DNA of 62,345 nucleotides, the filler included, from Bonamia ostreae (lineage: Eukaryota): NCBI GenBank assembly GCA_040357525.1. It is 18 parts of 18 records of this genome, joined end to end, with 100 filler letters (N's around TTAATTAATTAA, not from the genome) between each part and the next. Parts side by side here need not be neighbours in the genome. Positions count along the whole stretch, not along the records: positions 1 to 3,406 come from JBDODL010000514.1; positions 3,507 to 6,902 come from JBDODL010000515.1; positions 7,003 to 10,388 come from JBDODL010000516.1; positions 10,489 to 13,870 come from JBDODL010000517.1; 14 more parts are not named here. One strand, given 5' to 3'. Position 1 is the first letter of the stretch, and every line of letters starts with the position of its first letter. Position numbers and translations under genes: made by a program. Under the pieces are notes generated by a model. It made no database searches. It saw only the letters and a program-made list of their open reading frames with translations, and was not told where the DNA came from. Below are positions 1 to 11,966 of this stretch, in pieces.

Positions 1-165
1 AGAAATCGATCAGAATAAAAAAAGGCGAAGAGATCGAAATAAATTTTTGGCGGAACGCCACTGAAAAACATGTCTGGTACGAATGGTGTCTAACAAAACC
101 AGTTGTGTCCATCATTCACAATATCGGCGGGAGATCGTTCAAAATAGAAAAATAATTTATTTCAT

Positions 166-832
166 TTAAAATTTACTAAAACTTATTCTTGGCGGATTTT
201 CTTTAAAATTTAGCAACAAATCATTAAATAAATTGAAAAATTGGAAAAACCTCTCACGATATTTCTTAGCTTTAATTTTCCGTTTGATCTTCCGGTTTTT
301 CTTCTTCTTTAAAAACAAATCTTTATTCGAAATCGTTTTGCGCTGTTTTCGAATATAATCGTTCAAATAACTTTCGTTAATATTTTTTATTCTTCGTCCA
401 TTCTGAATGCTCAACATTATTTTATTGAATTTGTAAGTTTCTTTTGTAATTAAATTTTTTCGAAAAACTTTTAATTTGATCAATAATTCTTTTAGACTGA
501 ATTTTATTGACATCTTTAGCGATTTTAGAAGAGCTTTCAAATTTAATAATTTGTGAAGACTTGTTCTTTTCACTATCTTTACCGATTTGGCTAAATTTTT
601 TAATATTAATTTGAGCGGATTTTGGAATTCCGTCTATTAATGGTTCACTGGGAATCCCGATTTTTGCAGAGTTTTGTTTGGATTCCCGATTTCTCGAAAC
701 ATTTTTGAACAAATTTTGGTTAAAAATATCGTCTAAAGCTTTGCTCATGTTCCGCAAATCGATATTGTTGTTTATTTTTAAGGTTTTTAGTTTGGACTGC
801 AATTTTTCTATATCATTTGGAGACAAAGACAT
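166..832 (-). CDS. Hypothetical Lys-rich protein (spliced; exon structure uncertain)
   Basis: ATG at 832 (MSLSPNDIEKLQSKL...) and overlapping ORFs 422-832 and 166-573; no recognisable motif. Confidence 0.35.
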
Positions 833-1087
833 TGTTTTAATAAATTTACTTTATTTAAGCTCGTTAATCTCCGATAGGTGATATTTAATAATATTTTTCG
901 TATAATAATGTTTTCTTGTTTAAAAATTTCAAATTTATTACAATTTATTATTAGTGACTTTAAATTAGTTTCGTTTAGAAAATTTTTGCTTTTTCAGACA
1001 ATAAAAATTTTCTTAACTTATTCTTAAAGTTTAACAATTTTGTAAACAGTCAAGTCTAAATTATTATATTATCAAATATTATATAAC

Positions 1088-3406
1088 ATGAAAATTTATC
1101 CGGTTCTAAACTCGAGAATTTCTAAAATGTTAAAAGCTTTTAGAAGAACCTTTTCAAAAACATCCTTCGTAAAAGCAAAACCAAAATTAGTCGACAAAAA
1201 TTTTGCGGTGACTTAATTTTCATAAAATCCTTTTCACAAAACCATTTTCAACAAAATCATTACAAAATAACAAAGCTCAAAAATTTCATCGGTCCTTTAA
1301 TAGCGTTAGTTGGAAGACCAAATGTCGGGAAAAGTTCGTTGTTCAATAGATTGGCTGGAAAAGAAGTAGCTATCGTCCACAAAACAGCCGGTAAAATATT
1401 TAAACAAAAAAAGGAGTTACGCGCGACCGAAAATTGGGCCAAGGCTACTTATCTGATTTAAAATTTATAATGGTCGATACTCCGGGCTTTTGCGAGCTCA
1501 GCCATAAAGAAAAACAGGACTTAAAAAATGTCCGAAATGCAATGGTTCGTCAATCGGAATTGGCGTTAAAAAACGCGCAAATGGCTTTATTTGTCGTCGA
1601 TTCGAGTGATGGCCTAACAGCAGACGATTATTCGTTTTGCAAATGGCTGAGGTCGCAGAATCTGAACAAAAATTTAAAAAACAATATTATTTTAGTTGCC
1701 AATAAAGCGGATGGCAAAAATAAAAATGTTTTTTCGACTTTCAGCGCTTTTTTCAAATTTTGACGAATTTTAGCGCTTTTTTTCGAATTTTAGTGCTTTT
1801 TTTTCAAATTTTGACAAATTTTAGTGCTTTTTCCGAAATTTAGTACTTTCTTCAAATTTTGACGAATTTTAGTGCTTTTTTCGAATTTTGACGAAATTTA
1901 GTGCTTTTTTCTAAGTTTAGCGCTTTTTTTTTCAAATTTTGACAAACTTTAGTGCTTTTTCCGAATTTAAGCGCTTTTTTTTCAAATTTTGACGAATTTT
2001 AATGCTTTTTTCCGAATTTTAGCGTTTTTTTTTCAAATTTTGACGAATTTTAGTGCTTTTTTCGAATTTTAGTACTTTCTTCAAATTTTGACTAATTTTA
2101 GTGCTTTTTCGAATTTTAGCGTTTTTTCAAATTTGATATTTTGGCGAATTTTAGTGCTTTTTTCAAATCAGAAAAATTGTAAAAACGCTAAAATAATGTA
2201 AATCAGTCATTTGCAGATGACGTTTATTCGCTAGAAATGGGCGAACCGACATATGTCTCAGCAAAACACAACGAAGGAATGGCCGATTTGTACAAAACGT
2301 TGCAACCGAAAATAGACAAAATCAATCAATCCGAAAAAATCTATAACATTGTGGACGCTTTCGATCTAAACAAATTTAGCCAAATGGTCAAAGAAAAAGA
2401 TCCGCTTCTAAAAAGCGACAAAAACAAATCTTTGCAAGTTTCACTAATTTAAAGCGATTTGACTAAATATTAAAATTTGTTAATTTTGAACGAAAAACAG
2501 TTCGCAATAATCGGAAGACCAAACGTCGGAAAATCAACTTTGGCCAACGCCATTTTAAAAAACAGCGACATTTCAGAGCAACGAACGGAATTTAGTCGGG
2601 AAGACAGAGTTGTCACCAGTCCTGTGCCCGGGACAACCAGAGATTCCATTTCGATAAATTTGGTTTTCAGAAATCGGTTTTTCAAACTTATTGACACCGC
2701 GGGATTGGTTGGTCCGGGGAGAATGTCTTGGAAATCGCTGGAGAGAGAAGTCTCCGCGTCGATGGACGACACTTTGAAATCTGTGCAATTTGCGAACGTT
2801 GTTTGTTTGGTGCTAAATATCGGTGAAAACACGATTGCGCAATGTTTTAGTGCTAATATCGACAAAATTTTAATTCATTTTTCGAAATAAAGATAAATTT
2901 TGAAATCGTTTTAGCAAAAATTGATTAAATCGGAAAAATCAATTTTTCGAAAAAAGCTAAATTTTAAAGTAAGAAAAATCGAAAAAATAAACAAGAACGA
3001 TATCGCCAAAGCCATTTTCTCAAAAAAAGATCATTCGATTGCAAACAAAATTTTGGAAGAAGGAAGATCTTTGTTATTGGCGATTAACAAAATCGACAAA
3101 ATTCCAAATCTTAAAAAAATTCCGACGGCAGAAAAAATCGTAAAACAAACAAAAGATTTTGTCGTTGAAAAAATGAAGTCTTTCGCCGGTCGTATCGATG
3201 TGGTCGGAATTTCCGCGAAACAGAATTTGAATATTTGTCAACTTTTGGATAACGTTTTGGCTATTTATTTTAGGCTAAATTTTTATCACTGGCTAAATTT
3301 TTATACTAATTTTCGAAATTGATTTTTTGAATAGGCGATAAGGATACATGAAAAATGGAATGAGAGAATATCGACGTCGAAGATCAACAAATGGATTAAC
3401 GAAGTT
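1088..3406 (+). CDS. der: Der/EngA double-GTPase, ribosome biogenesis, probably mitochondrion-targeted; 3' truncated
   Basis: Two G-domains: GRPNVGKS-x-TAGVTRD-DTPG-NKAD and [22 protein letters not shown], followed by [14 protein letters not shown]. Introns at 1208-1275, 1391-1413, 1728-2206, 2438-2500, ~2823-2969 and ~3254-3334 restore the frame. N-terminus [13 protein letters not shown] is presequence-like. Confidence 0.92.
1740..2165. repeat. Degenerate minisatellite filling Der intron 3
   Basis: Many variants of CAAATTTTGACGAATTTTAGTGCTTTTTT lie inside GT(1728)...AG(2206). Confidence 0.9.
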
Positions 3407-3506
3407 NNNNNNNNNNNNNNNNNNNNNNNNNNNNNNNNNNNNNNNNNNNNTTAATTAATTAANNNNNNNNNNNNNNNNNNNNNNNNNNNNNNNNNNNNNN
3501 NNNNNN
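3407..3506. other. Artificial contig linker (N44-TTAATTAATTAA-N44), first of 17
   Basis: An identical 100-nt spacer with stops in all six frames recurs at 6903, 10389, 13871, 17351, 20828, 24303, 27773, 31242, 34711, 38179, 41641, 45099, 48556, 52010, 55457 and 58903. The contigs between them decrease in length. Confidence 0.98.
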
Positions 3507-4272
3507 TTGCAAATAAACAACAAATCGAACATAAAATTGCAAAATTTTGATTTGCAAATTAACAACAAATCGAACATAAACTTGCAAAATGATTTGCAAA
3601 ATGAAAATCAAAAACTTCATAAAGAGCCTTTTTCTCAAGACTTAAATCTAATATTTTTTCTTCTGTTGCTGTTGTTCGTCTATGCAAAAGATTTAATTCT
3701 TTTTTGCGAATGCGCTCCAAATTAAAGTTAAATTTGCTTTTCGCCAGCAAATCGGGATGAATCGAAAAATAAATATTTTTTATTTCCTCTAAAGTCATTT
3801 TCTTTTTCAGACTAAAATTTTAGACGATGTTTAATTTGTCCAATTTATCGCATTAAAATTGAAAGCAAAACTCAAAATTGAGTTTCGAAGTTGTGACATA
3901 AAAATTAAAATTATTTTTGTCGATAAATTTCAAAATTGTGTCCACAGTACTTTCCCCAAATTGTTCGTACATTCTTTTAAGCGCTTCCTCGTCAATTGGA
4001 GCCTTCCTCAAATTTTCTTTATTGCCAAAAATTTCATTTTTCGAGTTTAGTTTTTTCTCGAATTTTCGCCATGTGGAAACTGAACAATCGTTATTTTTTG
4101 ATTTAAGAGGAGATTTTCGGATCAAAATTTTTTTCTTTCGCCATTCTGCTCTAGTTTTACTATCTCTTTTGTGATTTCTTTCGACTTTCAACAGCTCTTT
4201 CGCTGGAATGGAAACTTTTTTGAGAAAAGTTTTCTGATTTTCCAAAGGCAATTTTTCAGGCTCATCCGCCAT
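3507..4272 (-). CDS. Hypothetical protein (spliced, runs toward contig end)
   Basis: ATG at 4272 (MADEPEKLPLENQK...), ORF 3853-4272 plus downstream ORF 3559-3798; no motif recognised. Confidence 0.5.
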
Positions 4273-4294
4273 TATATTCGTTAGTTTTAATTTT

Positions 4295-5515
4295 ATGGCT
4301 GAAATCACAAAATTAATGGTTTTGTTAGTGCTAGCAAATTGGGCAAATGTGGTTCAGTGTAAAAGATGTTTTATAAAAATACGAAAGACGATCTTTTCGA
4401 AGACGATTTTTCAGATCAAAAACTGTTTCACGAAAAATGGAAGACTAAGGACAAAACTGATTTTAGATATGGCGGGAGACGCAAAGAGTTCAAGATAAAA
4501 CCTGGAAAACGTTTTTAGATAATCGTTTTAAAAATAGACGGACGCGACGCTTTTATCGAGACTGAAATAAAACTGCATCACCACAAAAAGCCGCCGCATA
4601 TCAGAATAAAAGCCAAAATCGTGCGGAAGGGCCATTGCGACAATCATTACATTGTCTTGCGTTCCGAAAGTTTGGTAAGAAACGTTCCCGGGCAGCACCC
4701 CGGCGTTTCTCTTTATTCCGCCGGCGTGGGCGACGTTGGCGGAACGTGGGCTCACACGGGACAAGTTTTTTGTTGCAGATTTTAAATATTTATTCTGGAT
4801 GTTTTTGCAATGCAGCCATTTTTTAGCTCCAACCGGATTTTTTAGATCATATAATTTTTAATAATGGTTGTTATGACGAATGTTATCTATGTTTAAAAAA
4901 CATATTTGAGTGTTTAAAAACATAAAAAACATATTTTGTAGTTAAAAAATTTTAAACGAATTGTAAAAATAAACGAACATTCCAAGTACAATTTTTTAAG
5001 CTGATTTCCAAACAGACAAAAATAAAATTCATAAAAAATAGATCGCTTTTATGGGATGGAAATGTGACGAAAAAGTTTTGTATGTGCCCGGCCACAAAGA
5101 ACACACTAGTTGCTCTTTGCACAGAGAATGCGGAATAGACATTACGTTGAACAGCACTTCGATCATCTTCAAAGATCAATGCGGCTGCAAGACACTCAGG
5201 CACGAGAAGTACTTATTCCCGCGGAAAAAGAAACTCCATTTGATCCTCGGTGCGCACACTTTCGTCGGTGCGGCGCATGGCGCCGCGTTCAAGAACATTC
5301 GAGTTTATTCCGTCGACGAAGCGCACGAAGACGACGAAGAACTAGAAGAAATCGATTTGGAACATCATTTGTTTTATCACGAGAACAAGACGGTCGGCAA
5401 GACAGGCAGAGTTGATGAAGACGACCATGAGACATATCACAATCTCATTCGACGAAGACGAGTGGCCGCTCAATTGAACGCACAGATTGAAGATGATGGC
5501 ATGAGCAACTATTAA
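4295..5515 (+). CDS. Secreted protein, probable concanavalin-A-like beta-sandwich with an acidic/His-rich tail
   Basis: Signal-peptide-like N-terminus (LMVLLVLANWANVVQC). Introns at 4368-4387, 4511-4537 and 4765-5041 give one frame: ...YDLFEDDFSDQKLFHEKW...HGAAFKNIRVYSV...; the FEDDFS..W and FxNIRV ends are typical of ConA-like domains. Confidence 0.7.
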
Positions 5516-5700
5516 ATTTATTGTCGCTCTTGAAATTTTTTAGTCAATAATGATTTATTTCCACTTTTTCGAATAAAATTTGATGCTTCTTTTTTTTGAT
5601 CATTTTTTCTTAAAAAAACGATTATTTTAGACTAAAAATGATTAATTTTACAAAAATTTGTTTTTGGGCGAATTTTAGAAAAGTAAAATTTGTTTAATCG

Positions 5701-6423
5701 CTAAAGTTTGCTCTCGAATTTTCTCTTTTTTTCTCTTTTTGGCTTTTTGGGAGTGGGCCCATTAAATGGCAGATTAGTAATGTCAGTTAAAGATTCGATT
5801 TTCGGGCCCAGAATCGAATGAGAAATTATTTCAGTCAAAATGCTATTTCGAGATGTATTGAATCCTTTCGTCCGAATTTGGATTCTTTCGTAGGCGTCTC
5901 GCCCGAGTTTTAGGATTTCTTTCGTGATTTCGTGGTTCACGGTTGCTCCGGTCTGACCAACATTTCTAAAACAGTTCAAAATTTTTAAACCAATTTTGGA
6001 CTTGAATGGAAAATTTTAAACCCTTTGTACATTACCGGCGAAAACTTGCCGCCACTGACAGTTTTATAAACTTTGCCCGCGCCATTCGCTGCGGTGGCGA
6101 TGAGGTTGCTCGCGTTGAAATTGTAGGTCAGAATAATTGTGTTGTTCACTTTCTCTTTGTCTTCGTTCAAAGTTTCTTTTATTGAGCCCAAATTATTTCG
6201 GATTTGCTCTTCGCTATATTATTTAAGAATTGAGCTTTAAAACCGAGTCCGATGGAGTCGAATGCGAATAAGTGCTCGTATGAGATGCAAAGATTGTTTC
6301 CGAAGTTTTGCAGATTGTTTTGCGGGAAACATTGAAATGCTAAAATTGAAATTTTTATTGTTTGTAATATAATTTGCGGTTTAGACAATTTAATGAGTAC
6401 TGGAAAATAGGTATTGAAGTCAT
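5701..6423 (-). CDS. MRPS11: Mitochondrial ribosomal protein uS11 (nucleus-encoded, spliced)
   Basis: NASNLIATAANGAGKVYKTVSGG...IQIRTKGFNTSRNSIL...KIESLTDITNLPFNGPTPKKPKR matches the uS11 pattern (ITDVTPIPHNGCRPPKKRR). Arg-rich N-terminal extension; start uncertain. Confidence 0.8.
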
Positions 6424-6444
6424 TTATAAACTCTCAAAACTCTT

Positions 6445-6852
6445 TTAAGATTTGTCAGAAACGACCTTTTTTGACTAAATTTTAAATTTGAAAACAAAAA
6501 AACATTTCTTGGTTGTCTCGTCTTTTTTGGAGACAATTTTCGCACAAATGGAATAAAATCTTTAAATTTTCCACTGCAAAAAGGAATCTTTAATTTTAGG
6601 AAATAAAATTATTGTCGATTAAAATTTAGTTTTTAGGCTAAAAATTAAAACGAGCGCTTTAGGAATTCTGACTCCTTCTTCCGTTTGGTAGTTTTCTAAA
6701 ATACAGCAAATTGTCCTTTCGGTAGCGCAGAGAGCTTAAAAATTTTGAACCAAACTTGAATTTAAGAGATGGACGAACTCCTTTTTCTTTCCAACTGTTC
6801 CCTTTTTGCTCGTTTGTCCAAATCGAATTTCCATTGCTCTCGATTGATAGTC
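6445..6852 (-). CDS. SARS1: Cytosolic seryl-tRNA synthetase, C-terminal part (missed by the ORF track)
   Basis: Spliced translation [12 protein letters not shown]...[39 protein letters not shown]...DFIPF; 21-nt intron at 6735-6755. Confidence 0.93.
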
Positions 6853-7002
6853 CTTTTTTGTAGATTAAAAGAAAATAAAAATATTTTTTCAATTATAAAA
6901 AANNNNNNNNNNNNNNNNNNNNNNNNNNNNNNNNNNNNNNNNNNNNTTAATTAATTAANNNNNNNNNNNNNNNNNNNNNNNNNNNNNNNNNNNNNNNNNN
7001 NN

Positions 7003-9167
7003 AACAACAAATCTTTTTTCCCCAAATAAAGATTAATATTTGACTTAAATTAAAAAAAAAATTAACATCAAATTTGCAAATTTGGATATTGAGAAAGATT
7101 TTGTTCTGAGAAGTTAAAACATAAAATCTTCTTAAAATTGCAAAACTTCTATTTTTTAAATCGTCATAACAAGTTTTGCAGTTTATTTGTATTTGCATTT
7201 CGCAAACCGGTATCTTTGACTTTTTAATCTATTTTTGTTACAAAATATTTTCCGTTTATTACAATAACGTTTCTTAAAAAATGTTTATAAAAGACGTCTG
7301 AGATTCCCGGATTAGTAAAAAATCTATGTCCGTTTGGGCATTCATATTCGAAACCAAAAAAACATTTTGATTTTTTCTTTTCAACAAAATTTAATCGAGC
7401 GTAATTTTTATCAAATCCTTTTACGTGCTCCGTAAAATAAGACTTAATTTTGTTTGGGGAAAATTTTGACGATAATCTTATTAAACTTTTGAAAATTATG
7501 TCAATCAAACTTAGTTGTTTTTAAATTTTTGGCAAAATTCCAAAAAATGGAAACCTAAAATTTGAATCATTTAAATTTATGTTGTCAAAATTTTGGCAAC
7601 AATTTTTTTGATAGAATTTGAGATTTGCTTCTTTTAGATCAAAAGGGTCATCTCTACGATAAACATTTTCGCCGCAGTTACAAGCGGTTAACGTTTTGTA
7701 TCGAGAATTGTGATTTTTGCATTGATACATTTTTTCGTGCAACAATGTTTCTCTTTTGTGTTATTTTTCAAAACTGTCAAATTAAATATTTTCTAAAAAT
7801 CTGAAATGAAGAAAAACAAATTTTTTTTAGACAAATTTGATGTGTCGATTAAATTGAGACATGGTCTTTTTGTTGCAGACAAAGCTCCACATTTTTGCCT
7901 TCCATTAAGCCAGAATTTATTTAAACGTATTTTCATTTTTTTCAAGTTTAAATTTTTGGCTATTCCAATCGCGTTTTTATTATATTCCTCAACCGCCTTT
8001 CAAAAAAATTGTGAGAAAATATTATCAAAATATTTTAAAAACGATTTTTAGCCGATTAAAATGCGTTTTAAAAGAGTAAATTTTTGGAATATTATTTTTG
8101 TATCTATTCACTGCCTTTATAACGGCTTCATTACAACGATTATTTGAAAATATAAGTTCTTTGTCATCCATAATCTCATTTTCCAGAAAATTCAAAAAAT
8201 CTTTTCGACTTAAACCATTTTCACTAAAAATTTTGTCAAAATTGGTATTTAAAAAGTTTTGTACTGCTTCAATGCTTCGGCTACTATTTTTGGACAAATT
8301 TTGCCTGTTTTGAAGTACAAATTTATCTGTTATTATGTAATTTTTGGTGATTTTGTGCATTTTTTCTATAATTCGATTTGTTTGCTCGATTTTGTCTGGA
8401 TGAATTTCATTCGTAAAGATTGAAGATGGAAGTAAGAAAATTGAGTAACCGAATATTATCGAGAAAAGAGATGAAGAATTTTTGTGTTTATGCAAAAAAT
8501 CTTCAATTTTTTCTTGTTTTCCGGTTTCGTACAAATTACCGACTTTTTATGGCAATTTAATAATCCAAAATTTTTAAATATTTTGTTTAACTTTTGTAAT
8601 CAATTCCGAAATTTTTGAATGAACTTCGCAAAATTTTTTCTGTCTTGATTCTAAAATTCGAGGAATTTTCATCCAGTACAACAGTAAATGGATTTGCTAA
8701 AAAGAAAGTGAGCACTGGAGGTCTACCAAATCGATTTTAGTCTTTTTTGAAAACGGAATCGAATTGTCTAACCGTTTTTTGCACCGAGAAAAGAAGTTCT
8801 ATAAATCTTCTATCGATTTGCGATTTTGATGATATTATCTTAATTTGCAAAAATCATTATTAAAAACAGAAATATGGTCGCAACTGACAAACATGAAAAT
8901 TAAATGTCGAAGAAAATTTTCTTCGTTATTCGTCTAAATTGATTAAAATCAACTGAAAACCACATTAAAACTATCAATTAAAACGTCATTAACATTAAAA
9001 GCTAAATATATAGCATCATATGCTTTACAATATCCTATTTTCAAAAATGGATCTCTTTCGTTGAAACATTTCGGGTCACTTCTAAAAATCTTTCGTCCAA
9101 ACATTAAATTCACTAAACTAAAGTCGTTCAAACTGTCGTCAGTTACGATTCCGTAAATTAACGACAT
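7003..9167 (-). CDS. SMG8: SMG8-like nonsense-mediated decay factor; 3' truncated
   Basis: Motifs ACNCGENVYRRDDPFDLKEANLKFY and FFGFEYECPNGHRFF are characteristic of SMG8; multiple exons. Confidence 0.85.
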
Positions 9168-9221
9168 TTCTATAAAAATTTTGTCTAAATATATTTTAGA
9201 ATGTTGGTAGAAAATTTGAGT

Positions 9222-9864
9222 TTACTTTTTCCGAGACTTAAATCTTCCCGTTTTGTTGATCTTTCTCTTCTTCTTGAACTTTTTCTTGCCTTTTTTCTCG
9301 TTGTTCAGTTTGGAAAGAGCTCTATCCAAATCTCGAATTGACTTCGAAGACGATTTTCCCCAATTTTCAATGATGTCCATTTCGTCTTTTCTGTTTGAAA
9401 GCTCGCTCTTGATCGCTTTTTGTTTGACTTTTTTGGAGAATTTTCTGTTTTCCTTTCGTCTTTGCCGCGATTTTATCGTTTGAACCGCTTTTGTTTCCAA
9501 CAAAGCTCTTTTTTTGATCTGTTTATTTAAGTTTTTAAACTCGAAGCATGTGTTTGTCAGATTTGACCATTTCAGCGAAAAAATCCGATGGCCTTCTTAT
9601 AGGAACTTTATGTTTCTTAAGTTTTATTAAAGCTTCCTCGCAAGCTTTAAATGCGGATTCCCGACTATTAGTAAAATTTTGGTTGATGAAGTTAGAAAAC
9701 AATTTTGATTCATTCTGAAGATCGTCCGAAACTTTTACAGGCTTCGGATTTTCAGATTTAATGGATATGTCCAATCTGTCTAACCAATCGATTTTTGTGT
9801 CAATCGAGTTAAGAACTTTGGCCAGTTCTGATTTATTGTTAACCACAAATTCAGATTCGACCAT
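9222..9864 (-). CDS. EBP2: rRNA-processing protein EBP2
   Basis: WLDRLDI, DDLQNESKF, RRPSDFFAEMVKSDKHM and RKFSKKVKQ motifs; introns of 36 nt (9665-9700) and 22 nt. Confidence 0.93.
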
Positions 9865-9916
9865 TGCTAAAAATTAGCGAATATATAGACAATTCGATAA
9901 AAATAACTGACCGAAA

Positions 9917-10324
9917 ATGTTTGGATTGTTTCCCAAAAAATTCTTCAACCTGAAAACAGGCTATTACAAAAAAATTCAGATTTTTGGCGATTGCCAGCCC
10001 CTCCTTAAAAAATTCGGTTTGGATCACATGGCGCCCCTTTTCGTAACCGGAATTAAACACGGACCAAAATTTACACAAATAAACAAATCCCTCTTCGAAT
10101 TAAGCTTCATCGGCAACAAAAAATCCGAAGACTCTGTACTATGCGAGTTGAAAGATATAGAAACTTTATTGCAAAGAATTAACGAGGAAAATGACATGCA
10201 ACAAATGGACAGATACAAAAAAGAATATCAAAAATTATCAAAAAGTGAGCTTCTTTCCAAAGCCGCTAAGCTTAAATTGGAGCTAGAAAAAGCACGTATT
10301 AAAAATTGGGATAACGAAGAGTAA
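9917..10324 (+). CDS. Hypothetical protein, 135 aa
   Basis: Intact ATG-to-TAA ORF divergent from EBP2, with a C-terminal coiled coil. Confidence 0.55.
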   Translation: MFGLFPKKFFNLKTGYYKKIQIFGDCQPLLKKFGLDHMAPLFVTGIKHGPKFTQINKSLFELSFIGNKKSEDSVLCELKDIETLLQRINEENDMQQMDRYKKEYQKLSKSELLSKAAKLKLELEKARIKNWDNEE

Positions 10325-10488
10325 ATTTTGTATACATTTACTGTATTGTAAAGAACGGCAAATTGCATTTAATATTCCGTCATTTCCANNNNNNNNNNNN
10401 NNNNNNNNNNNNNNNNNNNNNNNNNNNNNNNNTTAATTAATTAANNNNNNNNNNNNNNNNNNNNNNNNNNNNNNNNNNNNNNNNNNNN

Positions 10489-11526
10489 TGACCTATCAAA
10501 TTGTTGTTTTTTGTTATCAAAATCTTCTTGTTCCTCCAAAACAAGTTTTATCATTTCATCAGTAAAAGGGATTACATTTACAAGTTTTTTGATTAAAATA
10601 TTTAATATCGAAAGAACACTTTTCGGACTTTTATAACACACGATATTAAAATAATCGCATGACAAAGTAGCCAGAAAAGGAGTTTCCAAACTAATATATT
10701 TTATCGCAAACTCGTTCATTTTGACATAACATTCAAAATTTTCAATTCTGTAATTTAAAAGAGCTTTTAACAGATTTAAAGCCTTTCCGGTGATTCCGAT
10801 GTCGTTTAGATTTACTTTTTGTATCAAATAAAGCAAATTTTCAATTTCTGCCAACAAAAATGGCGAAAGGGCGTTAGCATATTCTGACAACACCTCGAAA
10901 GACGTTTTAATAGCCATTTTCGATTCCGTTTGAACTTGGCTCGTTCCCAAATTTAGCGATTGTTCAAGAATCGCAAAAATTTTTGGCAGAAACGCGTCAA
11001 GTTCGCTGTCGTAAACACAGTATTCGTTCTGGGACAACAAAACGGGCACGACCACTGCGAAAACGGAGAGGTTTTGCGTTTCGGATATCATTTGTTTTAG
11101 GAAGACAAATAAATCGGGCCAATGGCTTATGTGAATTTCTTCGACTATGATTGCGATACAAGAAGCGATTGGCAAATGAAGGTTTGTGGGGACCGCGACT
11201 AATGATGACAAAAGGGATTTTTTGGTGTAATTTAAGTGGTGCTCGGGTAATTTATGTGTATTGTGACGAAGAAAGTTTTTAAGAGCCAAAGTTGCTCTCA
11301 AACGGATCTCGTTGTCTACGGATTTGTGTGGTAACAATAAAAATGACAAGTAACAAGCATATTCTGGGTGTTTTTCCGCGACACTAATTTTCTTTCATTT
11401 TTGGTTTTTTACCTTTAAAATAATCGAGTTCGATCGACTGTCGGCGGCTTTAGAGGCTTCGATAAACAATTGAGCTAGTTCTTCAACTTTGGCCATGTTA
11501 GGTTCCCAGTCATTTTTTCTGATCAT
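10489..11526 (-). CDS. TNPO1: Transportin-1/Kap104-like importin-beta, N-terminal part
   Basis: MIRKNDWEPN...HPEYACYLSFLL...EIRLRATLALKNFLR...HWPDLF, HEAT repeats, acidic loop at the contig end; 21-nt intron at 11392-11412. Confidence 0.75.
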
Positions 11527-11966
11527 CGGGCTTTTAAAGCTTGGATCGTTTTAACGTTTTTATATATATGACGAAAACAAAATGTCGAGTTAAGATAAAC
11601 AAAAACCTAATCAATAATTTAAGTACTAAATTTAAAAATTTTCAAGTTGTAAAACGAAATGAATTTTGTCAAGTTAAAAAATTTTGTTGCTCGAACTAAA
11701 AATCTCAAAAATTAAATTTTGCTTGAAAAAGCAAAATTTCAAAATTTCAAAAGCTTGAAAGCGTTAAAATTTTTACAAAAAAATTTAAAAATGTAAATTG
11801 AAAAATTAACCTTTTGTTTTTACATTTGAGTTTCGATGTAAACTGTGGCGACACATATTCTTTATTTTCATCGGTTATGCATAAATATAAAGGTTGGTAT
11901 CAATGGATACATTATAAATAAAGATGAAAGCGAACGAAGGGATTTTGTTGAGATATTTTAAATTTT

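Noticed and set aside
1088-3406. Bacterial contamination or recent HGT for der
   Set aside because: The gene has six introns of the resident style and a presequence-like N-terminus; organellar Der is common in eukaryotes.
3407-3506. Regularly spaced TTAATTAATTAA motif every ~3.5 kb as a biological repeat
   Set aside because: It is always embedded in 44+44 Ns and is a six-frame-stop assembly linker. Gene neighbourhoods across linkers are meaningless.
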